This document shows positions 19,157 to 28,173 of a stretch of DNA of 64,000 nt, piece by piece (the stretch's first letter is position 1; each line of letters starts with the position of its first letter). The notes under the pieces are model-generated. The model ran no database searches. It worked only from the letters and a program-made list of their open reading frames with translations, and was not told the origin of the DNA. The translations under genes were made by a program, and so were the position numbers. This DNA comes from an uncultured Alphaproteobacteria bacterium (lineage in GTDB: Bacteria > Pseudomonadota > Alphaproteobacteria > Rs-D84), in NCBI GenBank assembly GCA_947053455.1, contig CAMRSV010000004.1:15500-79499 (forward strand), given 5' to 3'.

Positions 19157-19641
19157 TGAATGGGAAAGATTACAAAACTTTTGGTGCGGGCAGTTATCCT
19201 GTTTATGGTACAGGTGGAGCAATGGCTTATATTGATACGTTTGTCCATGATAAACCCTCTGTTCTTATCCCAAGAAAGGGATCAATTGGTGCTTTGTTCT
19301 ACGTAGAAGAACCTTTTTGGACTGTTGATACTATTTATTGGACAGACATAGACACAAAACAAATTGTACCAAAATATCTTTATTATTATCTTTCAACGCA
19401 AAATTTAGCGAAAATGAATACAAGTGTTGGTAGTATACCGAGTTTAACGCAGTCTGTGTTAAAAAAGATACCTATACCGGTACCTTCGTTGGCTGAACAA
19501 GAGCGTATTGTTGCTATTTTGGATAAATTTGATGCGCTGGTTAATGACATTTCGGTTGGGTTACCAGCGGAGATAGATGCGCGACGCAAGCAATATGAAT
19601 ATTGGCGGAATAAATTGTTGAATTTTGAAGAGGCAGAATAA
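19120..19641 (+). CDS. hsdS: Type I RM specificity subunit, C-terminal half (TRD2), out of frame with the first half
   Basis: Frame reads QSWRVLGEVCRIMNGK from 19120 (ATG at 19156); IPIPVPSLAEQERIV, GLPAEIDARRKQYEY. Confidence 0.9.
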   Translation, partial: QSWRVLGEVCRIMNGKDYKTFGAGSYPVYGTGGAMAYIDTFVHDKPSVLIPRKGSIGALFYVEEPFWTVDTIYWTDIDTKQIVPKYLYYYLSTQNLAKMNTSVGSIPSLTQSVLKKIPIPVPSLAEQERIVAILDKFDALVNDISVGLPAEIDARRKQYEYWRNKLLNFEEAE

Positions 19642-20780
19642 TGCTGTGTGGACGATTGCGTAATTTTGTGACTTCAAAAAAGTTTTTTTATGAAGATCCT
19701 ATCGAAAAACAGAATTATAACCATATTTGTGCCATGATGGATCGGGTAGATGACGGTATGAGATATATAAATGCTCATACAGAAGTTCCCAGAACAGATA
19801 ACGAATTGTTGTTGTTTTTGACACATGTGTATATTGTTGTCGATTCTATAAAGATAATTTTTAGAAAATTACGCATTGATGGGTATAATCAAATAGAACG
19901 AGATTTACCAAGACATCTGGCCTGTGTATGTAAACAAGAGCCTTTTAATTTACCAGATGAACAAATAACAACAGATGATACCACTTTTGAATATATTCGC
20001 TCTATAGCATTCGCGCACCCATTGGATACAAATAAGACCTATTTAGTAAAACAAATGCGTGAAGATCATTGCTCACCGTTTGTTGTCACACAAAAAGGAT
20101 TTTTGCCGAACGGTTATGTTGGTATTCATGTTTATTCTGATAAATCAGAACATTCATTGACGATTAAAATACCTTATTCGGATTTAAATGCTTATGTAAG
20201 GGAACGTTATAATTTGATTGAGTATATTATACGTGAGTTAGAACGACGTGTTTCGGAAAGAAATAGGGAATGGGCTCAGAGAAAAGTAAGACGTGATAGA
20301 AGTCCAATAGAAATTTTGGAAGATATTTTGAGCATTCAGGAAGAACGCTATATTCATACGTATGAGGTGCGTAGTCTAATATCCATATTAACGTGCCATT
20401 GTACGCTCTCAGAGAACCAAGAATCACTGAATAAAGTGCGTCAGGATATTATTAGTATAATTCCAGCATTGTGTGATGCTGTTGATAATATGGATAACGA
20501 AGAGTTTTTTACATTGGTAGACAGAATTATTGATGTTAGACCAAAACAAACATACGAATCATTCGGTTATCATATGGAAAAAATTTTCGCATACCTTAAC
20601 AGTGATGCATATCCGTCAGATAAAAATTGGGGGTTGCAACAGGCTGATGATTTCTCTAAACGATTTGCACAAAAATGGGTTAAAATTGACGTCCATAATA
20701 TGGATTTTGAAGAAATCAAAGTGTTAGTAATGGTTGCGTGTTATTTAGAAGCGCAGGAACAAGAAAGGAAAGCTGTATGA
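19641..20780 (+). CDS. Hypothetical protein between hsdS and hsdR, HEPN-like motif
   Basis: 379 aa, translationally coupled on both sides; RSIAFAHP (R-x5-H). Confidence 0.6.
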   Translation: MLCGRLRNFVTSKKFFYEDPIEKQNYNHICAMMDRVDDGMRYINAHTEVPRTDNELLLFLTHVYIVVDSIKIIFRKLRIDGYNQIERDLPRHLACVCKQEPFNLPDEQITTDDTTFEYIRSIAFAHPLDTNKTYLVKQMREDHCSPFVVTQKGFLPNGYVGIHVYSDKSEHSLTIKIPYSDLNAYVRERYNLIEYIIRELERRVSERNREWAQRKVRRDRSPIEILEDILSIQEERYIHTYEVRSLISILTCHCTLSENQESLNKVRQDIISIIPALCDAVDNMDNEEFFTLVDRIIDVRPKQTYESFGYHMEKIFAYLNSDAYPSDKNWGLQQADDFSKRFAQKWVKIDVHNMDFEEIKVLVMVACYLEAQEQERKAV

Positions 20781-23700
20781 CAAACGTAAATATTATTGCA
20801 CAGAATCCAAATAGTACAGTTGTGGCTGAATATAAGTCAAATGGGGCACGTTCCACGGCCTATCAATCCGAAGCAGCGCTGGAACGTGAATTTATCCGGC
20901 AATTGCAAGCCCAGGCATATGAATATTTGGATATTCATACCAATTCTGATTTGATAAAGAATCTGCGCAACCAATTGTCTCGCCTGAATAATTATGAATT
21001 TACAGATTTCGAATGGGACAGATTCTTTGCAGAATGCATCGCCAATAAAAACAGCGGCATTGAAGAAAAAACATTCACCATACAGGAAGATTATAAAAAG
21101 TTATTAACGCGCGACAATGGTATTGTTAAAACCATAGATTTGATTGATAAAGAGAATATTCATAATAACCATTTGCAAGTCATTAACCAATATGAAACAG
21201 ATAGTGGTGTTCACGCTAATCGATATGATGTGACTGTATTGGTTAATGGATTGCCGCTGGTTCATATTGAATTAAAACGTCGTGGTGTAGATATACGCGA
21301 GGCGTTTAATCAAATTAATCGCTATAATCGGGAAAGTTTCTGGGCGGACAGTGGCTTATTTGAATACGTTCAACTATTTGTGATCAGTAATGGTACATTT
21401 ACCAAATATTATAGTAATACAACCCGTAATCAGCATATTAAAGAATCAGCGGCGTTAACGGCTTCTAAAAAAGGCAAAAAGACCAGTAATAGTTTTGAAT
21501 TTACATCCTGGTGGGCGGATGCCAGTAATAAGCCTATAACTGATTTGATTGATTTTGCAAAAACATTTTTTGCAAAGCATACTATTCTAAACATCTTAAC
21601 CAAGTATTGCGTATTTACATCGGATAAAATGTTGATGGTAATGCGCCCGTATCAAATTGTGGCCGCAGAGCGCATTATAAACAAGATAGAGGTATCGCAT
21701 AATTATAAGCGATACGGCAGTGTAGAGGCCGGTGGATATGTATGGCATACAACAGGATCTGGTAAGACGTTGACCAGTTTCAAGACTGCGCAGTTGGCAA
21801 CAAAATTACCATTTATTAAAAAGGTAATGTTTGTTGTTGATCGCAAGGATTTAGACTATCAAACAATGAAGGAGTACGATAAATTTGAAAAGGGGGCAGC
21901 AAACAGTAATACCAACACTACGGTATTGAAAAAGCAACTGGAAGATCCAAAGGCCAAAATTATCATTACAACAATTCAAAAGTTGGCCAAATTTATCAAA
22001 AAAAACCATGGGCATACCATTTTTGATGATGAGATTGTATGCATATTTGACGAATGTCATAGATCTCAGTTTGGTGATATGCACGATTCTATTACGAAAA
22101 GTTTCAATAAATATTATCTGTTTGGGTTTACCGGAACGCCGATATTTGCAGAAAATGCAATGTCTGGTGGGAATGTGCGTCTGAAAACCACCGAGCAAGC
22201 GTTTGGAGATCAATTACATACTTATACAATTGTTGATGCAATAAACGATAAAAATGTATTGCCGTTCCGTGTTGAATATATATCTACCTTTAGGGAAGAG
22301 GAAAATATCAAAGATGAAAAGGTTTGGAATATTAACCGTGAAAAAGTTTTGATGGATCCAGAACGTATTGAAAAAGTTACAAAATATATTTTGGAGCATT
22401 TTAGCCAAAAGACAAAACGGAATGATAAGGCGTATAATTTTCGTAAGTTATTGAATATTGCAGAGGTTGCATCTGGGAAAAATAAAGTGGATGAAGTTAA
22501 ATCTGGCGTGTCTATGCGCGGATTTAATTCAATTTTCTGTGTGGCTAGTATTGATGCAGCAAAGGCTTATTATAATGAATTTAAGAAACAAATGGCAGAT
22601 TTGCCATCAGATAAGTGCTTAAAGATTGCGACCATATACAGTTTCGGGGTTAATGAAGAAGAAGGTGGTGTGGAAGAAAATTCTGAAAGTACAGATGGAT
22701 TGGATGCGTCATCACGTGACTTTTTGGACGCGGCAATTAAAGACTATAATTGCATGTTTGGGACAAATTACGATACGTCAGATAAGAAATTCCAGAATTA
22801 TTATAAGGATGTATCACTTCGTATGAAAAACCGAGAGTTGGATTTGCTGATTGTTGTAAATATGTTTTTGACAGGATTTGATGCGACAACGCTGAATACG
22901 CTGTGGGTTGATAAGAATCTGCGCATGCATGGCTTGTTGCAGGCATTCAGCAGAACTAATCGTATATTAAACAGTGTTAAGACATACGGGAACATAGTTT
23001 GTTTTAGAAATTTAGAAGAAGCGACAAACAAAAGTTTGGCATTGTTTGGCGATAAAAATGCTGCTGGAAGTGTATTGCTAAAAACGTTTGCGGAATATTT
23101 TAGCGATGGTTATACCGATAAAAATGGCGAACATGTTCCCAGTTATATGGAATTGGTCAAAGAATTAGAATCCAAATTCCCACTTGGTGAGCAAATTGTT
23201 GGCGAGAAGGCACAGAAAGAGTTTATAAAATTATATGGTGCTATTCTGAGATTGCGGAACATCCTAACTGCTTTCGATGACTTTAAAGGCAAAGATGTTT
23301 TGCCGGAACGTGATTTGCAAGACTATCAAAGTATGTATATTGAATTATACAACGAATTTCGCAAGTATAAAGAAGGGGATAAGACTACTGTAAATGATGA
23401 TATTGTCTTTGAAATAGAACTTGTTAAACAGGTGGATATTAATATTGATTATATATTGGCTTTGATCAAGAAATACCACGATTCTAACTGTAAAGATAAA
23501 GAATTGCTGGTTTCTATTGGTAAGGCTGTAGATTCTAGTATGGAATTGCGTAACAAAAAAGATTTGATTATGCGGTTTATAGAATCTGTTAATTCCAGAT
23601 CTGATGTTGATACAGAATGGGAAAAGTTTGTTGATGAAGCGCGTATTTCTGAGTTAAATCAGATAATTGAATGTGAAAATCTAAACAAATCAGAGACGTA

Positions 23701-23905
23701 CAGATTTATCAAAAATGCGTTCCGGGATGGCGCTGTTCAAACCACTGGTACGGATATTGTGAGATTGTTGCCGCCAACCTCTATATTCAGTGCGGAGAAT
23801 AATATCACAGATAAGTTGCATGTGGTTGTCGATAAAATCACGGCATTCTTTGAACGGTTCTTTAGTATATCAAGTAATAAATTTGAAGAGCGAGATGATA
23901 CGTAA
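20777..23905 (+). CDS. hsdR: Type I restriction endonuclease subunit R
   Basis: RYDV...HIELK nuclease, HTTGSGKT, DECHR, FTGTP, LTGFD, QAFSRTNR. Confidence 0.97.
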   Translation: MTNVNIIAQNPNSTVVAEYKSNGARSTAYQSEAALEREFIRQLQAQAYEYLDIHTNSDLIKNLRNQLSRLNNYEFTDFEWDRFFAECIANKNSGIEEKTFTIQEDYKKLLTRDNGIVKTIDLIDKENIHNNHLQVINQYETDSGVHANRYDVTVLVNGLPLVHIELKRRGVDIREAFNQINRYNRESFWADSGLFEYVQLFVISNGTFTKYYSNTTRNQHIKESAALTASKKGKKTSNSFEFTSWWADASNKPITDLIDFAKTFFAKHTILNILTKYCVFTSDKMLMVMRPYQIVAAERIINKIEVSHNYKRYGSVEAGGYVWHTTGSGKTLTSFKTAQLATKLPFIKKVMFVVDRKDLDYQTMKEYDKFEKGAANSNTNTTVLKKQLEDPKAKIIITTIQKLAKFIKKNHGHTIFDDEIVCIFDECHRSQFGDMHDSITKSFNKYYLFGFTGTPIFAENAMSGGNVRLKTTEQAFGDQLHTYTIVDAINDKNVLPFRVEYISTFREEENIKDEKVWNINREKVLMDPERIEKVTKYILEHFSQKTKRNDKAYNFRKLLNIAEVASGKNKVDEVKSGVSMRGFNSIFCVASIDAAKAYYNEFKKQMADLPSDKCLKIATIYSFGVNEEEGGVEENSESTDGLDASSRDFLDAAIKDYNCMFGTNYDTSDKKFQNYYKDVSLRMKNRELDLLIVVNMFLTGFDATTLNTLWVDKNLRMHGLLQAFSRTNRILNSVKTYGNIVCFRNLEEATNKSLALFGDKNAAGSVLLKTFAEYFSDGYTDKNGEHVPSYMELVKELESKFPLGEQIVGEKAQKEFIKLYGAILRLRNILTAFDDFKGKDVLPERDLQDYQSMYIELYNEFRKYKEGDKTTVNDDIVFEIELVKQVDINIDYILALIKKYHDSNCKDKELLVSIGKAVDSSMELRNKKDLIMRFIESVNSRSDVDTEWEKFVDEARISELNQIIECENLNKSETYRFIKNAFRDGAVQTTGTDIVRLLPPTSIFSAENNITDKLHVVVDKITAFFERFFSISSNKFEERDDT

Positions 23906-23931
23906 ATATTACTGTGGGAAAAGGGTATAAA

Positions 23932-24714
23932 ATGCAAAACGAACAGATGCTGGAATATATCAGGAACTACTATATTCAAAGTGATGTAGTTGTACCAAGG
24001 CGGGCTTCTGTGCCGGGTTTTAATCTACGAGTATTAAGTAAGCGGCTGCATGATGCCAGGAATGCTTTTTTAGTGCTTATTGATAATAATATGTTTGTTG
24101 ATGCTTGTTTAATTGCTGGGCATATATTAGAGGTTTCGGCAACAATACATTATATCAGATCTGCAGCAGATAAAATGCTGAACTCGCGACGTTATGTAGC
24201 AAAATCTTCAGCAAATGTCATATATGATATGTTGCAGATAGATACGTCAAATTTACAAGACAAACAATATAGAGAACTGTTTCAAGAGTTTTTAGAGTAC
24301 CTAAAAGACACAGGGCATTTAATAGTAAAAGCTCCTAAAAAGGCAGATATGCATAAATTTAATGCTGAGATGACTTCTAAACTAAGTTCAATAGATAGAG
24401 ATAATGTTTCAAAAAGAAAGTTAATTAAAGAAAATTATGAAATGCCGATAGTAAATGATTATTTGAATTGTTTCATTAGAGGAATGCAGAAAAAATTGAA
24501 AGAAAATACTAGTGAAGATGCAGCAACATTGGAACAAGCTATAAGATTATTTTATGTGTCGTATTGCAGATTTAAACATGCTAGTGCCTTGATGTATCCT
24601 GGAGTTGTAGAAAACGAACAAGTTGTTATCAAAGAGCCAGGAGCAAATTTAACTATCCCAGCAGTATTTTTAAGTTTGGATATGTTGTCGGATAAACCCG
24701 TATACCTAAAATAA
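23932..24714 (+). CDS. Hypothetical helical protein, DUF5677/HEPN-like
   Basis: DAC.I...ILE and Y..YCRFKH pattern; co-oriented after hsdR. Confidence 0.45.
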   Translation: MQNEQMLEYIRNYYIQSDVVVPRRASVPGFNLRVLSKRLHDARNAFLVLIDNNMFVDACLIAGHILEVSATIHYIRSAADKMLNSRRYVAKSSANVIYDMLQIDTSNLQDKQYRELFQEFLEYLKDTGHLIVKAPKKADMHKFNAEMTSKLSSIDRDNVSKRKLIKENYEMPIVNDYLNCFIRGMQKKLKENTSEDAATLEQAIRLFYVSYCRFKHASALMYPGVVENEQVVIKEPGANLTIPAVFLSLDMLSDKPVYLK

Positions 24715-24809
24715 ACATAATATCATCTTTTGTTTTAATTTGTTGTTTGTCGAGGGGGGGGGCTTTAGGTTATAAAATGTCTGCCACTGGCAAATATGCA
24801 GTGGTCATT

Positions 24810-25013
24810 TTACTCCACGTTAAACCAGTCTTTTATTCGTTCTATTAGATTGTCAGAGCTTGCTTTGGAAATGTAATCGGCAAATAGGGGCAGTTTATCC
24901 ATAATCCCGTGCTGTTTCATGGCGTACAAACACGTGATGATAATAGCGGCTTTATCGTCCCCAAGGTTCAGAACTTTTACCGTAATATCGGGATATTTTG
25001 GTGTTGCTGGCAT
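24810..25013 (-). CDS. Small phage/element protein
   Basis: 67 aa PKYPDITV...WFNVE; AAGGAG RBS; preceded by the element promoter motif. Confidence 0.65.
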   Translation of the reverse strand: MPATPKYPDITVKVLNLGDDKAAIIITCLYAMKQHGIMDKLPLFADYISKASSDNLIERIKDWFNVE

Positions 25014-25033
25014 AATTGACTCCTTCTAAGGTT

Positions 25034-25069
25034 GTGCAATTACTGCTTACAAAGGTATCAAAGTCAAGT
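25034..25069 (-). promoter_or_regulatory. Element-specific promoter motif, copy 2
   Basis: Same 36-bp pattern as 16265-16300. Confidence 0.65.
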
Positions 25070-25110
25070 TAAATAAAGGGGGCATAAACCCCCTGTAACA
25101 ATTTTTATAC

Positions 25111-25764
25111 TTATTTTTTACGCTTTTTGATCGGCTTGCGAATGTCATACAACAATGTGTCGTCGTATAACCAGTAAAGATACCCATTATATGCACCTTT
25201 ATGACCACGCTTGTTCATTAATTCTGTTGTCAGTGCACTTAACGAGTATTGTTTGTTTTTATATTTTACAAATGTTTTACCTTTTGCGGATTGAACAGTG
25301 CACTTTATTTTGTCATCGTGAATGAATGTTAACTTAGAACCCGTGGGGATTTCAAAGTCTGCAAAGTCGTATACGTGCTTCTTGGCACGGTTTGCGTCCA
25401 GAATTTTCTGTTGTTCTTTGGTGTAGACCGTATTTGTATCAACGTTTACCTGCTTGCCCTTTAAAATCTGGGCGATTTGCGATAATACAGAATCCGCTTT
25501 TGGGGCCGGTACTTGGAAAAATTCTTTCTTTTTATGCTCTTTGTCTGTGTGCATATCTAATTCGCGGTAAATTGTATGCATCAGTTTTTCTACGGCTTCA
25601 TAGTTATCCATTTCGTACGCGGTATAGCATTCAAATGGGCATGGCGTACCCGTTTCGCGGCCCAGATCTTTCAATCGTTTTTCTAAATTAGTGGTTTTGC
25701 CAATTTTGATAACGTCGTCCCGATACATGGGATTTGTTAAAATATAGATAATTCCGCGTGCCAT
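25111..25764 (-). CDS. GIY-YIG (T5orf172-like) nuclease with RAMA-like C-terminal domain
   Basis: GIIYILTNP...KIGKT..LEKRL..L..TGTP.PF, EFF; C-terminal YSLSALT...NGYLYW. Confidence 0.8.
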   Translation of the reverse strand: MARGIIYILTNPMYRDDVIKIGKTTNLEKRLKDLGRETGTPCPFECYTAYEMDNYEAVEKLMHTIYRELDMHTDKEHKKKEFFQVPAPKADSVLSQIAQILKGKQVNVDTNTVYTKEQQKILDANRAKKHVYDFADFEIPTGSKLTFIHDDKIKCTVQSAKGKTFVKYKNKQYSLSALTTELMNKRGHKGAYNGYLYWLYDDTLLYDIRKPIKKRKK

Positions 25765-25910
25765 TTTGCCCTCTTTGTAATACAGGTATTATATCACAAT
25801 GCTACAAAACGGCCAAATAGATAATAAATGGTGGGGTGCCCATTAGTATTTTAATCAGTTGATTTAAGTTATTCTTTATGCAAAACTGACGATGAATCCA
25901 ATGGGAATTG

Positions 25911-26112
25911 GGTTCGGGGTTTTCAAAAGCCTCATTGCTCGGTGCGAAAGCATCGTTATATCTGATGTTTCGGTGCTTTTAGCACTGTTATCATCCCTGA
26001 CTGTGGTCGGGGAGCTGTTGGTGTATATAACACGGTTCGCCGGAAGACCAACGGAGTCATCAGCAATGTGATTTTTGAACTCCCTGACCGTCAAATTCCT
26101 GTTTGGCGGTCT
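25911..26112 (+). ncRNA. C4/CI-like structured RNA leader, copy A (85-nt core 26005-26089)
   Basis: Homologous to 8369-8573 (minus strand) with compensatory changes. Confidence 0.7.
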
Positions 26113-26135
26113 TGATTTATAACAGGGGGTAGGGT

Positions 26136-26666
26136 GTGTCTGATAACAAATACCGGTTGCCAATAAAACGTATCGGAAATAAAAATGCACATAAATTAGT
26201 GGTTTTGTTATGTAATCCAGGCGGTAATCCTGATTTGTATAAACGTCTGCCAGAATACGCCATGCGGTCTGATAGGGTGTATAAGGATGCCGGCATGTCG
26301 TTGGATATTGTCACACAATATAGTGAATGGTTCGATGACATGTTAAAAGTGATAATGCGACATGGTCTGCCCCTGAATGATTTATTATTTTTGGAATATT
26401 ATCCATATCACACTGTTTCATCAGATGGTTTTAATCATAAACCCGAAACTTGGGATGAATACGCGCAAAACGCACTACGAGAAAATATTGAGATTTTACG
26501 CAAATGTATGGCCGCACACATCCCTGTTTTTGGGTATTATTATGGGGATTGGTTGCGTATTGTGCCCGACTTAAAAAAGTACGAGCCAAAACGTTTGAGT
26601 TCTAAGGGGTGGAAGAAATCAAAAATTAAAGATTTGGATAAGTTTTTACAGGAAATGGCAAAGTAG
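26136..26666 (+). CDS. Hypothetical protein, uracil-DNA-glycosylase-superfamily-like
   Basis: IGN...VVLLCNPG and FLEYYPYH motifs; GTG start. Confidence 0.5.
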   Translation: MSDNKYRLPIKRIGNKNAHKLVVLLCNPGGNPDLYKRLPEYAMRSDRVYKDAGMSLDIVTQYSEWFDDMLKVIMRHGLPLNDLLFLEYYPYHTVSSDGFNHKPETWDEYAQNALRENIEILRKCMAAHIPVFGYYYGDWLRIVPDLKKYEPKRLSSKGWKKSKIKDLDKFLQEMAK

Positions 26667-26693
26667 TGTTATAATGATAACTAGGAATATTGG

Positions 26694-28091
26694 ATGCCGG
26701 CAAAAGAGAAATGGATTTTAGAAGAGGCAAAATACAAAGACATTAGCGGTGGCTTTGAATATACTGTATTACATAAAGTGGGTGATACTGAATACCTGTC
26801 TGGAACACTTCACAGCGCTTTGGTGGAATGGGAAGCCTTCAAAGATGTTGAAAGTATGGCGTATTTTGTGGCACTGTTATTATCAAATCGGGTGTTGGTT
26901 GAAGTTAATCTGTTATCAGCAGAGATTTTTCCGGAACTTGAACAATCCAAACTATTACAATTTACGCCGGGAATACTACAGACACCGACCTTTCTGTATA
27001 CTGATTTTAATGATGCAATGGCCGTGCCGGTGGTTCGTGATATAGATGCAGGCGTTGGTCCATGTTTATCTATGTTTACCGCTGCGTCAGAATTGCGTGA
27101 AATTCCAGACTTGGATAAGCGGATATTTATGTATGTTGATTTTAGAGGCGTTTTGGATTGGCTGCGTCAACATGCATCTGAGATTAAATCTGTTGCATTT
27201 GATTGTATGTCGAATGCGCCGTTGGTTATGCCGTTGAATGATTTGTTAGAAAGAGTGGGCAAGTATCAAGAATTTATAAAAAATTATGACGGCCCGAATG
27301 CTATCAGCGAATTGCGACAGATATCATTAGCCAAACATTGCAAAAGAAAATCTAAGAAGGATGGTATGATGACTAATATAGAAAACACTATGAAAAAGCT
27401 TATGGACTTGGCGCAAAAAGCTTTGTGTATTCGTGATAATACCAAAGGCGCATTGGATGGAAAGTTCTTAGAATCGATTTTTCATGATAAGAAGTGGCGC
27501 AAAGTGGAATTGCAAGATAAATTGGAAATGCTGGCTAAGATATATTCAGTTTCCCGAACGGTTAAGTTAGATAAAATGGTTAAGGCTGTTGCTGATAAGA
27601 CAGATTTATTTGTTAAAGGATATGCTAAAAATGATTATGTGCCAAGCAAGGAACTTGAGTCTTTATTGATGACAACAAAATGTGGGACAATGCCAACTCG
27701 TAACAAGATTGTGTCCTGTATGTCTAAATATGGATATTATATCAGCAAGTTTAATTTTCCAATATACGACAAATATGCTCGTGAAGGATTGGCCAAATTT
27801 ATAACCAACCATCCGGAATTGAGTATAGGCAAATATGTGGGCAAATGTCCGGAGATGAAATTTTTTTCACAATATGGTGATTTGTTGCGTTTGTTACACA
27901 AATCCGGGATAAAAGCTGAAGAGTCGACTTTAATTGATAATTTGGACGCATTTTTCTGGTTGTATGGCATCATGCAATCTATAGAGAAGTCGCAAAATAC
28001 AAATACAAAATTTTGGTGGAGTGGCACATGTGGCTATATGGGGGATAGTTTAGATTGGTATAACAAAGCGAAAGAATTTATGGGTGACTGA
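26694..28091 (+). CDS. Two-domain protein: SseB-like N-half and HhH-glycosylase-like C-half
   Basis: LSMFT..SEL in N-half; SCMSKY..FPIYDKY..LDAFFWLYG in C-half; internal RBS and ATG at 27366. Confidence 0.45.
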   Translation: MPAKEKWILEEAKYKDISGGFEYTVLHKVGDTEYLSGTLHSALVEWEAFKDVESMAYFVALLLSNRVLVEVNLLSAEIFPELEQSKLLQFTPGILQTPTFLYTDFNDAMAVPVVRDIDAGVGPCLSMFTAASELREIPDLDKRIFMYVDFRGVLDWLRQHASEIKSVAFDCMSNAPLVMPLNDLLERVGKYQEFIKNYDGPNAISELRQISLAKHCKRKSKKDGMMTNIENTMKKLMDLAQKALCIRDNTKGALDGKFLESIFHDKKWRKVELQDKLEMLAKIYSVSRTVKLDKMVKAVADKTDLFVKGYAKNDYVPSKELESLLMTTKCGTMPTRNKIVSCMSKYGYYISKFNFPIYDKYAREGLAKFITNHPELSIGKYVGKCPEMKFFSQYGDLLRLLHKSGIKAEESTLIDNLDAFFWLYGIMQSIEKSQNTNTKFWWSGTCGYMGDSLDWYNKAKEFMGD

Positions 28092-28136
28092 TAGAACTGC
28101 TGCGTTTCTAGAAATCCCAGGTAAAGAATAATCTAA

Positions 28137-28167
28137 AACGCCCCAACGTGTAAGTCGTGGGGCGTTT
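28137..28167. terminator. Probable bidirectional terminator between convergent genes
   Basis: AAACGCCCCA...TGGGGCGTTT. Confidence 0.6.
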
Positions 28168-28173
28168 GTCTTT

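Noticed and set aside
24754-24762. G9 tract as a phase-variable promoter
   Set aside because: Lies between convergent gene ends, with no gene positioned to be controlled
25901-26071. 56-codon ORF across RNA copy A as a conserved leader peptide
   Set aside because: No matching peptide seen in copy B; conservation is in base pairing, not coding
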